From Harriotta raleighana (Eukaryota), in NCBI GenBank assembly GCA_050575255.1, contig JBNZDD010013573.1:934019-998018 (forward strand): a stretch of 64,000 nt of DNA. The letters are read 5' to 3'. The notes beneath the pieces were generated by a model. That model searched no databases and was not told the origin of the DNA. It saw only the letters and a list, made by a program, of their open reading frames with translations. Both the position numbers and the translations under genes were made by a program. This document shows positions 53,375 to 64,000 of the stretch, piece by piece. Every line of letters begins with the position of its first letter. The stretch's first letter is position 1.

Positions 53375-53835
53375 ACACACACAAACGCACTCACAGACAC
53401 AAATAGCCATAGACACACACACACACACATATAAAGAGACAGACACATTCACAAACATAGAATCATAGAATCTTACAGCAAAGGGAGGCTATTTGGCCAA
53501 TCGAGTCTGTTCTGGCTCTTCAAAAAGAGCAGTTCAATCCCACTTACCAGCTCTCTCCCCATAACCGTGCAAACCCGTCCTCTCCAAATAAATGTCTACC
53601 TCTCTTTTAAAAAAGTACCTACGTGTATCTACAGAGTAGAAAGAGACACTGACACAAACACACACACACTTACACAGACATTCACAAATGCAGAGNAGAG
53701 TAGAAAGAGACACTGACACAAACACACACACACTTACACAGACATTCACAAATGCATGCAGAGGAGAGAGACGCACTCACAGAGAGACACTCACAAATAC
53801 ACAGAAGTGAGAAAGAGAGACAGACACAGACACTA
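53375..53835. repeat. (CA)/(GA)-rich low-complexity tract containing a CR1 3' end (minus, about 53457-53615)
   Basis: ACACAC runs; ORF tail FKREVDIYLERTGLHGYGERAGKWD is nearly the same as the 918..1301 C-terminus; (CATAGAAT)n tail. Confidence 0.85.
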
Positions 53836-54229
53836 CCAACAGCGGGGTCTCTGGAGCGAAACCCATTTCCCGCCAACGTTTTTTTGCATTGGATAAACAG
53901 TGCGAGAGACACAGGCTCCAGAATTATCAAATTTGTTTGCGGGTTTATAGCGGAGGGCGCTGTTCATAGCAGATTCCATGGACACATTGTGCTGCACTTT
54001 TCTGTTGGCCCAGGTCATATGTAACCCATTTACATGTTCTGCTGGACAGTATCCAGGGTTTATCCAATTTTCTGATTTGTTAATTCAATCAGCCTCTAAT
54101 TTTGTACTGGTGTGACAGCCGTCAGCCATAATCAAATCAACAAATGCCAAACAGCAGGCAGCTGCTCTGTAACCTTAAGTGTAAATGATGCTGAATCCTC
54201 CATAATGCCCACCACGACAGGCACTGTTC

Positions 54230-55160
54230 TACTACAGACACCCTGACTGCCCCATCCCCCACCTGCGATGCAAAGCCAGGGTTCCCCCACACTGGGAGCC
54301 AACCTCTCCTCCCTTATCCACATCCCCATTCTCCCTGGCGATGCACCGCACCACCTTTGAGAACACTACAATCTGCTAATCCTCAAACCTCAAAATCTTC
54401 CTTGTCTATCATCCGCCAAACCCCTCCCACCATCATCTTGGGCATCTCCACACTCGTATCTTCCCTCTCCCTCTGCTCCGAACACCTACGCATCCTAGGT
54501 AACTTCAACCTGCACTACATCTTCTCCTATTCTATCTCCTCTGACTTCTCGCTCTCCTCACAATCTCTCCCTCCACATCCACTCCGCCACCCATGTCCAT
54601 AGCCACCCGCTTCACCTGGTGATTACCCAGGGCCTCAGCATCTCGGACCTCACCATCATCAACAAAGCTATCTCGGACCATTGCTTCATCTCCCTTAACT
54701 TCCTCAATCCCTCTCTCCACAACCACCCAAGCCACCTTCATCTCCTATCAGCCCTGGAAAAAAATCTTGCTCCCTCCCTATCCACTGCCTTAGATTCATT
54801 TGAACTCCTCCCCCTCTGGGCTTCTTCCCCCTATGACCTATCATTCTCCTCCACAACTCCCTCTCGGTGGGAGGAAGCCCTTGCTTCAATGCCCTTGCTT
54901 CATTCAATTCCTGAACCATCTCCTATTCATGGAAGTCACCCTGGTACACCAGCCACCTTTGCTCCCTTAAGGCTCAGGTTTGTGCCATTAAACTTCTTCC
55001 ACCACTCCCTTCATGATGCCCTCCATAGGGTTTTCATGGTTCTATCCTTGAATGGTTCAAATCCAACTGAACAGTCAATCAGCCAATCTGACTGGAGCTT
55101 ATCAAATCTTACCACTCTGTCCTTGCCTCCACTAAATTGTTTTTCTACTCAAAGATAATC
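54230..55160 (+). mobile_element. Decayed L2 LINE, endonuclease region
   Basis: LRILGNFNLH (GDFN motif) and AISDHCFIS (SDH motif) of an APE endonuclease; C-rich, frameshifted. Confidence 0.75.
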
Positions 55161-55204
55161 TTGGATGCCAAGGATAATTGCAGGCAACCGCCCACACCAT
55201 CTGC

Positions 55205-55980
55205 TCATCAACAACAAAATTATATTTTTATAGAGCCTTTCACATCAGGAGGATATCCCAAGGCGCTGAACAATCAGGTCAGGACCAGAGCAGTGGGGGA
55301 GGGATCGGGGTAGGGGGAAGGAGAGTAGGAGAATTCACTGTATATTTGTGGGCAAAATGCGGCAGTCAATCGCGCACAGTAGCATCCCCAAAACAGTCAT
55401 GGAAGTGGGGTTAGGGGCGAAAGGGAGAAAAGAGGGTAAGGGGTTATAGGGAGTAAAAGGTGGGGTGGGATAAAGTCAGAGAGGAAAAGTGGGGGAGAAG
55501 GGGAGTAAGGGGGAGAGTGGGGAAAATATGGGGGGGGGTGGGGGGTTAAAATCAGGGAGAAATACAGCTTGGCTCAGCAAAGCATTCTCACCTGAGTCGT
55601 AAGGTTGTAGAGACTTGAATTCACTACCTCTATGATCTTTGAACCCCCTACCAATCGGCACACTCCACTCAGGTTCCGGCCTGCTTCAAGTCCCCGCTTC
55701 GTCCATACCAATGGGGTGAACGGGCCTTCTATCACTCTTCCCTCACCCTCTGGAACTCCATCCCATAATCCCTTGACATCGGCTTCTTCCTTGACTTGTT
55801 CAAGATCCATATCAAGGACCTTCTCTTTGACCATGTCTTTAGTCACCCTCTTCCCGTACTGCCCTCCACCCTCCCCAATCCTGACTCTCAGCTCGGGTCC
55901 AAAACACTGTCCAGCGCCTGGGGAGTCCTCCCAACATGAAAGGTGTTATACAAATATAATTTTGAAGTTGTTGTTGTTCT
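55205..55980. mobile_element. L2-type tail (-) with G-rich tract, then an L2 3' end (+)
   Basis: CAACAACAAAATT...TATAGAGCCTTTCAC; CTCTGGAACTCC...TTCAAGATCC; TATACAAATATAATTTTGAAG(TTG)n. Confidence 0.7.
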
Positions 55981-56134
55981 TGTCCTGTTTGCCACATTGT
56001 AAACTCATAATGTCCAACTTTTAAATCTGAAGCAAATGCTACCGGTGAAGTGACGTGTACTTTCCCAGATTTCTTTAATCTAACATAAAACAATCATTCC
56101 ATAACATCTATAGGGATTCAGATATCTAACATGT

Positions 56135-56181
56135 TATTTATTTGCTAGTGGTATTCAGTAGTTACCACTAGCAAATAAATA
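56135..56181. repeat. Perfect 19-bp inverted repeat with a 9-nt loop
   Basis: TATTTATTTGCTAGTGGTA-ttcagtagt-TACCACTAGCAAATAAATA. Confidence 0.95.
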
Positions 56182-57524
56182 GTCACTAGAGACGTTCTTC
56201 AACTGAATTCCTAGAATATACCCACTAAAATCAATGGATTGGCAATTTAAAAGGTACATCAAATGATGATGCTGCCAGCAGAGAATAGTTAGTATAGTAA
56301 TATGGAGTCGGAAGCCTGGTGTATATTTCCTGCTCTGACATTGCTTTGAATCTGGAATTGATGGTGCAGAATAAACAGAATTGTAATTAAAGAAACAATT
56401 GTGTAACCAGCTATTTGCTAACAGTAAAACATACTTGGAACATCCTTAATCCACCCCCCCACCATCCCCCCACCTACCCCATCCAACTCCCCCCTCCACA
56501 GTTCCCCAAAACATTGATGACAACAATAAAATTACACTTGTATAGAGCCTTTCACCAAAGTGGGGAATAAGTTAGTTTGATTTAATCAATTTCCACTGTG
56601 TTAATATTGGATTGGTGCACATCACTGGAAAGGCACCAATCCCAAAAAACCTAAACCCCATGTGGTGTCAGGAGCAGAGCTCCAACACGAACCATGCTAT
56701 TTGGACTCCCATTTATACCCAACATTTGGCCAAAATACTGACAAAATTGTGACCATTCACTGCCACAGACACAGCAACAAAAATCTAGTACTAAAGTATA
56801 CTATCATTACTGAACAATGTGACAATCAACTTCAAAGAGTAGTCAAATTATAAATGAAATTATTTAGTAGAATTTTTCATTCAGTTTTCTAAGCATTGCT
56901 TTACGATGTGACAACAATATGACTCAGTGATGAGTGTTGTTCTGCTCTTTCAGAAATAAATGCTTACTTATTCCCAATACAATCACCAGTCACCTTTTCT
57001 GCAATGATACTTCATTCGCATATACTTAGGTTTTGTAACTCTGAGCTTTGTAATGTTAGCTATGAATCAATGAAGCAGTCAGATGATTATTTAATATCTA
57101 GGCATACCACCTTATGCCAGTTCTCTAACAGAATTATAGTTACTTCCTTATTGGAATTTAGCTTGCTGACTAATAGTTAAGTATCAGATTTAGTACAAAA
57201 CCAAAAAAGAAATTTATATCAAAGAGAAGATGTACAGAAAATAGCAAATCAAGCAGATATAGATTACTGATGCAAGAACAACGGTAAGTAAGAAAAATAG
57301 CCTACAGCCGGGATTATAGTTAACAGCGTACTATCCCACCGGCACAGCCTGGGAATACCAACAACTTTGTTCTGTATCTTCATAATTATGAAGCCAGAAA
57401 AAGAAAATTGATATAAATGGAATAGATCAGAGGTAAAAGTGAGATGGGATACATATCTCCAGTGGAGGCTGACTACAATTCAAATGACTTTATTGCTGAC
57501 AAAATTATCTGGTGTGTTTTACTT

Positions 57525-57710
57525 ATTGATTCTTGCATTTGATATGGCATCTCATCATGCATTTGAGATGTCTCAAAGCACTTCACAGAGTACACAGTAA
57601 AGTGAATTTACTGTATATTTTGTGGGCAATACACAATAGCCATTTTCACACAGTGGTGGCCCATAAACAGTCATGGATTGAGTGACCACATTTTTTAAAG
57701 GGATTATTAT
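57525..57710 (-). mobile_element. Intronic SINE 3' half
   Basis: TTCTTGCATTTGATATGGC, AAAGCACTTCACAGAG, AAACAGTCATGGATTGAG. Confidence 0.75.
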
Positions 57711-57935
57711 TTATGCAGATGTATGGGTCTGTAAGATCCTTCATGCATAATAACTTATTTCTACTCCCAAAAAGATCATTTCTCAATTGTCTTAAAATAG
57801 ATCATTTTCATTAAACTGAATGCTGTATAGATTAATGCCATTCACCATCCCATTTAACCCTACCCTTAACCCAAGATGTTTCACTGCTCAGGCAACGTGT
57901 TCAATAGAAGTTTACAGTACAGAGTATTAATTTAC

Positions 57936-58040
57936 ATACATTTGCTAAATTCAGAGTTTGGGCCCAGTTGGCAAGTGCCACCATTGTAACAGTATCCATC
58001 ACAAGACAGGCAGCTGGATGCAATCCTTCCATTTGTGCAA
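57936..58040 (-). CDS. LRP1B: LRP1B EGF exon: [34 protein letters not shown] (non-AG acceptor)
   Basis: Closely matches human LRP1[26 protein letters not shown] as I recall it; 105 bp, phase 2 to 2, gtaaat donor; upstream intron ends ...gttgatacat. Confidence 0.85.
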
Positions 58041-58800
58041 ATGTATCAACAAAGCGAGACCAACGTCATTCAAGATTATGCTACAAGAACCAGATTTGCA
58101 GGCACCTGTATGTATTCCTTGGAATGATCAATTGATGTTGAGTTATTAGAAAATATGTTTCCAAGGGAGTGAAAAATATCACAAAGAAAATTCAACCGAT
58201 GATCAATTTCCTTAAGACATGTACTAGATACAATGCTGGGGTTATTAATCGACCCAAGACTACCTACTGACCAAATTTGGAACATTTGTAAACCATGCGT
58301 GTTGAATTCATTGCAGTTTCCAAATTCGTAGCCGCCAAATCGACAATCCCATAACGGCAAAAGCCATGGGAGAGTCCCAGCCAGCAAAACAGGGAGCTGG
58401 TGGGTTTCCCAACAGCTTCTTTCAGACTTTGTCAATTTGGAATTCGGGATCCGTCAACCACAGAATCTGCAAACTAGGATTTGCAGTTGATGCAACGAAT
58501 CCAGTTTGTGAATGTCACGATTCAGAACTCAATCCTGCTGTTTCCTCTTGCACTTCTTTCCCAAAGTGAGTTTAGTGTTGCTCTCGTTGCCTCCTGTCGT
58601 GCCAGTTTGCATTTTACCCTGCCTGGCAGGAAGACTATAGTGAATCACGACATGTTATCCAGCGTGTGAACATACTTAATGGGTTGAGAAATGTTTGCAG
58701 GTTACGCTTCCAGATTAAACGCATTACAAAACCAGTCACGGCCACACAGTAAAACTTGCTAAAAGTCTGATTTGTATAACTCTATAACTACCTAAATTGT

Positions 58801-58839
58801 ATTTGGTTATATTATATATTGTATATAATATAACCAAAT
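58801..58839. repeat. Perfect 18-bp AT-rich inverted repeat with a 3-nt loop
   Basis: ATTTGGTTATATTATATA-ttg-TATATAATATAACCAAAT. Confidence 0.95.
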
Positions 58840-58889
58840 TATATAATATAATACATATAAAATAAAAAATCTTATATTAAATAATAATT

Positions 58890-59240
58890 CACATATTTGC
58901 TGCCGAGTTTCATTCAAAAAATAATCAATTAACTTTATAACATATTCCATGAAATGCTTTGAGTTGTCTCAATGACGCGATAAGTCACTATATCAAATAC
59001 AAGGATTATTATTATTGCACAGTTGCCTAAGCTCAGTTCAAGTTTATTTTGAACTGTAAACTTTATTTACAAGTTTGACATAACTCACACTTTGAATGAA
59101 GCATATTAAATGTATGGGCCTAACTGCTATTAACAATAACAGTAATGCTTGCATTTGATATAAAGCTTCATCACATTACTGAGACATCTCAATGCTCCTC
59201 ACTGAATATATTGTAAAGTGGATTGACTATGTATTTTGGT
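58890..59240. mobile_element. Two SINE tails, tail-to-tail (+ 58890-59015; - 59130-59240)
   Basis: CTATATCAAATACAAGGATTATTATT and TGCTTGCATTTGATATAAAGC. Confidence 0.7.
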
Positions 59241-61071
59241 GTTATACTCTTCTCAGTTTGGTAACCCAGGTGATGTTGAAATACTTCTTCGCAGCTTCAG
59301 CATGCAAACAACTCCCATGACATTTCAAGCTATGCATTATCCACAGTGAAATTTACCATGGGGATCAAAATAATGATGCATTTTATATTTATCACATGAA
59401 AATTTCCTGGGAGTTCTTGAGGTGAACACTCTCTCCCATCCTCCTCCCCCCGCCCTCCAAAATCACATGGATTGTCAGTTAACAAGATAACAAGATTCCG
59501 GGTCCTATACTTCATAGTGGTAATTTTGCATATTTTACTGAGTAAAAGAAATGTTATCCTGATAACTAGCAGCAAATCTCCGAACCTGGGAACAAGGAAT
59601 TCAATATGATGAAATGATCTTCATGGAAATGACTATTGAAACTGCTGCTGGAGCTTTGCCTTTAGTAAACGCAGAGAATATTTTATGCGGTACGTGTATG
59701 TCTTTACTCAGTGGGTAATCTACAACTAGAACAAGCTGCCAGGGACAGCAACTTTTAAAAAGGTGATGGTGGTAGGGGGAAAGGATGAAATCAGATGGGC
59801 CAAAGACCTTCTTCATCCAAAACAACCTTGTGATAACAAACAGATGATTAAAGTGACCCAAGATCTCTCTGAAGCCAGTATAATGATACCATTTACAGCA
59901 GTGAAAGTGATCTTTCAGGTTATAACGACAGTATGCAGATCACAAGCAGTGCCCCTCTGCAGAGCTTTCTGGCCTCATTTGTCTTCAGGGGAATTTTTAA
60001 TCACTTTCCTTGATCTGAATCATTTCAAATGACTGTGTACCTACAAGGTTGATTTCTTTACTTCACCACATCAATCAGCATTACAGGATCACAGGTAAAT
60101 CCTAAAGTTGTGTTGGTTACTTGCAAAAAGCAAGCAGGAGCTTATTAATTTATTGGGAGTGGTTTGGCTTCTCAGTGATGCTGAGACAACCATGCCCATT
60201 TCCAATTCAGCTACGTTCATCAATTAGACACATCAGAAATGTAGCAAAGCAGCAATAGGCATTAATTAATGGATCAGGGTTCTCACACCATAAAATTACT
60301 GCCGTACACACAAACAAATACAGTAAAATACTTTGGACCCAGCATTAGCATTCCATCATCAATGTGATATTGTCAGGCTCCTGAAAAATGGATCTCCCTA
60401 TCTTATGAAAAACATTCTGACTAACCCTGCAAGTGTGAGCTATCTTTTTATTACATTCCTACTGTTTAGGAACAAAGGGGGAGTGCAAAATGCAATGTTT
60501 TCTTCCAGATTGGATAAAGTTTAATCATTAAATCTGGTGTGAAGCATTGCATTTTGTATTCTCTTCAAAAAGATTTCCTTTAGGCAATTTCACCTGTACA
60601 GTGACAATTTAGTTGAAAGACTATGTCTTTCAAGTAGAAAACACTTTCTTAAAATAAAGAGACTTCACCAGTGTGGTACAGCCAAGTCTTTAATTCATGT
60701 AGCAAATTCCCAGTGTGACTGCTAGGTGGTGCCATCCCCTTAAATAGCAAGCCTTTGCCACCCAATGCCTGTTTGAGCACTAGCCAGTGAAACAGACACA
60801 CTCACCATACTGGTTTAGCATCCACCCCGATGATAAGGAGCTTGTTCCAAATGTATAAGATTCCAGCAAAAACATGTAAGATGTCTTACAAATGAGGGAT
60901 TACTAGAAAAGCATCTGAACAAAGCCAGAATTTCTAAATCAAGCAGTTTCCAGACACTTGGGATATATTATTGTGAGATCACATTTCAGAATCTTGTTTG
61001 CTAGAGCTGGCTGGAGTGCTGGTTTGCTCATTTCTAATAATACATCTGATGCACAATGGAAACACACTTAC

Positions 61072-61246
61072 TTGCAGGCCACTTGTCCTGTCTCTTTGTC
61101 CACAGTGCACTCTCCTCCTTGGCATGCGGTGCATTTATCCACTTCACATTTTGGTCCTTCAAACTGTGCCAAGCACAAGCACTGAGCACCTCCATCGCTC
61201 TTTATAACGCAGGTGCCTAAATTCATGCAGTAGTTATGGCACACAT
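61072..61246 (-). CDS. LRP1B: LRP1B EGF exon: VCHNYCMNLGTCVIKSDGGAQCLCLAQFEGPKCEVDKCTACQGGECTVDKETGQVAC
   Basis: ttttgtttttgcag acceptor, gtaagt donor, 175 bp, phase 1 to 2; EGF cysteine spacing, EGPKCEVDKC motif. Confidence 0.95.
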
Positions 61247-61580
61247 CTGCAAAAACAAAAACCCAACACTGTTTAAAAAAATCACATGCTAATTCACTTG
61301 CAGTCAGAGATAAGATGCTAAGATAAAAGAGCAAAAAGCAGCATAATTCATCAATGGTGCGTTCCACTTGTGATAAATGCACAAGTGTTTCAGATCTACA
61401 CGGATTACTTAGATGTTCTAAAATTACTCTGATTACGTCATTGGCTTATCGCGGTGATAATAAAGATGCAGTGTGCTGATAGAAAAAGTCATTAGAGCGC
61501 AGTTCTGGTTGAAATGACTGTTGCCTGGAACATCAATAAGAAACCAATCGGCCTTTAAGTATTACAGACATGCAACTCAC

Positions 61581-61742
61581 TGTATTGACATCTATCTCCA
61601 GTGAAGTCTGCAGGACAGTAACAGTAAGGTTGATTTCCTGTGTTCACATCACAAATTCCCTCATTCAGACAGAAGCTGTCGCAAACCTTTTGCATGCAGG
61701 TTGGACCAGTAAATCTTGTCGGACAACGGCAAGCTGGCTTTC
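61581..61742 (-). CDS. LRP1B: LRP1B EGF exon: [53 protein letters not shown]
   Basis: tttttgtttag acceptor, gtgagt donor, 162 bp, phase 1 to 1; GNQPYC and TGDRCQY motifs. Upstream exons lie beyond the window end. Confidence 0.95.
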
Positions 61743-62199
61743 CTAAACAAAAAGCAACGTGAGGACAAGCCACAACACAGGCATACATTCTCGACACAGG
61801 ATTGCTTTGAATAAAGAAGACCCTTTCAACCCATTTGATCGCCTTCTTCCAAAATGATGTCCCATTAAAGCATCAAATAGAAATGAATCGAGTGCCCATA
61901 GCTGTGGATTAACCTCTTATGTTAAAAAAAAGGGCTCCCTGGTTCTGTCCAAAATATGTAATTCCCACCCCTGAACCTGTAACCCCATTGTCCTGCTCTC
62001 TTACTCTATCTGAACAATAGTGATCTTTAATAGAGAAACAGACGAATACTTAAATTGAGTATATAATCCTGTCAAGGGATGAGGCCATGGGATTAAAACA
62101 CTTGCCAAAATCTAATAAACTGATAGAAGAAGCTCAGCAGGTCTGATTGGCTTCCCTGTTTTCTTATTATCTCAAAAACAATACTGGATTTAATGCACT

Positions 62200-62950
62200 G
62201 TCCCCAGAGCTCTGTCCTTGGTCCCCTATTTTTCAATATCTATTGACACTTGGTGATGACATTATCCGCAAACATGGAATCAACTGCCACGTGTATGCAG
62301 ATGACACCCAACTCTATCTTTCTGTCTCCACCATCAATTTGAGGACCACTGATGTCCTGACAGACTGTCTGTCTTACATCAAGTCCTGGATGAGAGCTAA
62401 CTTTTTGCAGTTGAATATTGACAACACTGAAGCCCTCCTGAGGCTCTCCTTCACACGTTAGGTGCTGGCAGCTTCAATCTTTATGATTGTACAGCCAGCC
62501 AGGAACCTAGGTGTCTTATTTGACCCTCAACTGACTTTCCTCTCCCACCTCTAAGCCATGGCCCACTTTGCCTTCCCTCACCTCTGCAACATTGCCTGAC
62601 TCCACCATGAACTCACCCCTCAGGCTGAAGCTATCATTCAAGCCTTCACCATATCCAGGCTCAATTGCGCCAATGCCCTGCTTATCGGCATTCCCAACTC
62701 CTCCCTCTACATGCCCCTGATCATCCAGAACTCTACAGCCTATGTCCTCTACCACTCTAAGCTCTGTGACCCCCATCTCCCCTATTCTTGCCCGACTCCA
62801 TTGGCTCCCCATCAACCTGAGAATTCAATTCAAGATCCTGGTCTTCACCTTCAAAGGCCCCCATGACCTTGCCCCATCCTACCTCTGCGACCTCATAACC
62901 CCCTACCAACCTGCCCGATCCCTCTGCTCAGCGGGCTCCGGCCTGCTCTG
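62200..62950 (+). mobile_element. Decayed L2 LINE RT/C-terminal region
   Basis: [65 protein letters not shown]. Confidence 0.92.
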
Positions 62951-63330
62951 GTGCAGTGGCAGCAATCTTGCCTCTGAGTCCAAAGGCTGTGGGTTTAAAT
63001 CCCACTTCAGAACTTTTAATCACGTAGTCTAAGCTGACACTCCAAAGCACCACTGGGAGGAATGGAGCGGAGGACATTGTCGGAGATGCTGTCCTTTGGA
63101 TAAGACATTGAAATGAAATCCTTTCTCCCGGTGTCCTGGCCAACAATCTCCCAAATCAAATTGATCAGTCATTTCACTGCTGTTAGTGGGATACTGCTGC
63201 ACGCAACTGGCTGCAGGGTTTTCCTCACAATATATACAGTCGAAAAAACATTCTAGAGTAATCCTGTGAACCACATTGAGATGGGTCCACAATGTGAAAG
63301 CTGCTATGTCAAATGCAAGGATTAAGATTA
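62951..63330 (+). mobile_element. SacSINE1/Deu-domain-like SINE
   Basis: CTTGCCTCTGAGTC...GTGGGTTTAAATCCCAC head, TCTAAGCTGACACTCC, TTCTCCCGGTGTCCTGGCCAA, CTATGTCAAATGCAAGG tail; recognised from memory of the family. Confidence 0.7.
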
Positions 63331-64000
63331 ACAGTGGTATTATTCAGTCGAATATTATGGGTCGAATCTATCTGTAGCCCACTTTGTGTTGTGGCTAGGT
63401 GGCGCTGAAATAGTTAACCTAGTTCTGGCAGCTGCAAACCCATTTTAACAGCTGCAGCTACCAAAGACCCGCAGGAAAGAGAAACAGTTGCTCAAAAATG
63501 ACATCAACCATTACCTGACTCTCCTTCTCCCTCAAGAAACATTGGCCAGATATGGAAATTACACACTGAGATAATTTGAGGGGAAAGCGTCTCTTTGCAC
63601 TGCATAAATAAAATGCAGCTAGCTGTCAGTATGGCTCATTAAGTAAATTAAAAAGAAAAATTTAGATTATTGGTAACACATTGAGGCTACTACTTAAAAA
63701 TGCATAATGAAATTGCAGTGATAGCAGTGTTTAAAATGTGATTAAGCACTGAGGTTCAGTACGACTCCCTGGTTAATGCTGCAGATTCATTTTTTCACAC
63801 TGCTTTTACAACACAATACAAAATTACATTTGTAAAGCGCTTTTCATGTCGGGAAGACATCCCAAGGCGCTGAACAGCCAGGGATGTAGGCTGTCACTTG
63901 AATTTCCAGAAAAGTAAGATCAGTTTAAAAACTCGGGCCAAAAGAATCGCAGCTGTAAAAGTCGATTTCTGTGGCTCACAGAGGGCGCTGTTTATCATTG

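Noticed and set aside
55405-55550. G-rich tract as a functional G-quadruplex
   Set aside because: Part of an L2-type tail found in similar form elsewhere in the window; the LRP1B transcript carries the C-rich strand
60806-60840. 35-bp cryptic exon (aag|CTCC...TATG|gtgagt) that might rescue the upstream AG at 58081
   Set aside because: Weak polypyrimidine tract, no EGF similarity, and joining it to 58080 gives an immediate TAA stop
58041-61071. U12 (AT-AC) intron or A-to-I-created acceptor as the explanation for the non-AG site
   Set aside because: The donor is GTAAGT, not RTATCCTT; I saw no CCTTAAC branch point near the acceptor; the dinucleotide is AT, not an editable AA; an AC junction would be out of phase
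47157-61742. Assignment to LRP1 or LRP2 instead of LRP1B
   Set aside because: [23 protein letters not shown] and the C-terminal RETVA match LRP1B; LRP1 ends in GDPLA

Overview
Eukaryotic (vertebrate) genomic DNA, AT-rich and repeat-dense. The repeat mix (CR1 and L2 LINEs, tRNA-headed SINEs with L2-type tails, SacSINE1/Deu-like SINEs, Penelope fragments) suggests a cartilaginous fish, probably a chimaera/elephant-shark-like draft assembly (inference). The only host gene I can support is the 3' end of LRP1B on the minus strand: seven coding exons at 61742-47157 encoding EGF repeats, a transmembrane helix and a cytoplasmic tail with two NPxY motifs ending in RETVA*, followed by a 3' UTR to about 46100. 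Positions 1-46000 look like downstream gene desert filled with TE fragments. There are two N gaps and seven single-N junctions, five with duplicated flanks. Most ORF-track entries are spurious or TE-derived. Best oddities: (1) a well-conserved 105-bp LRP1B exon whose only frame-compatible acceptor ends in AT rather than AG; (2) no recognisable LRP1B-specific cytoplasmic insert exon; (3) a four-copy TA-flanked CAGTAAAACC MITE family, one copy carrying two separate Penelope insertions with a decayed hammerhead ribozyme and a promoter-like motif cluster; (4) perfect 18-19 bp intronic hairpins. I found no convincing evidence of a wholly new multi-gene system.
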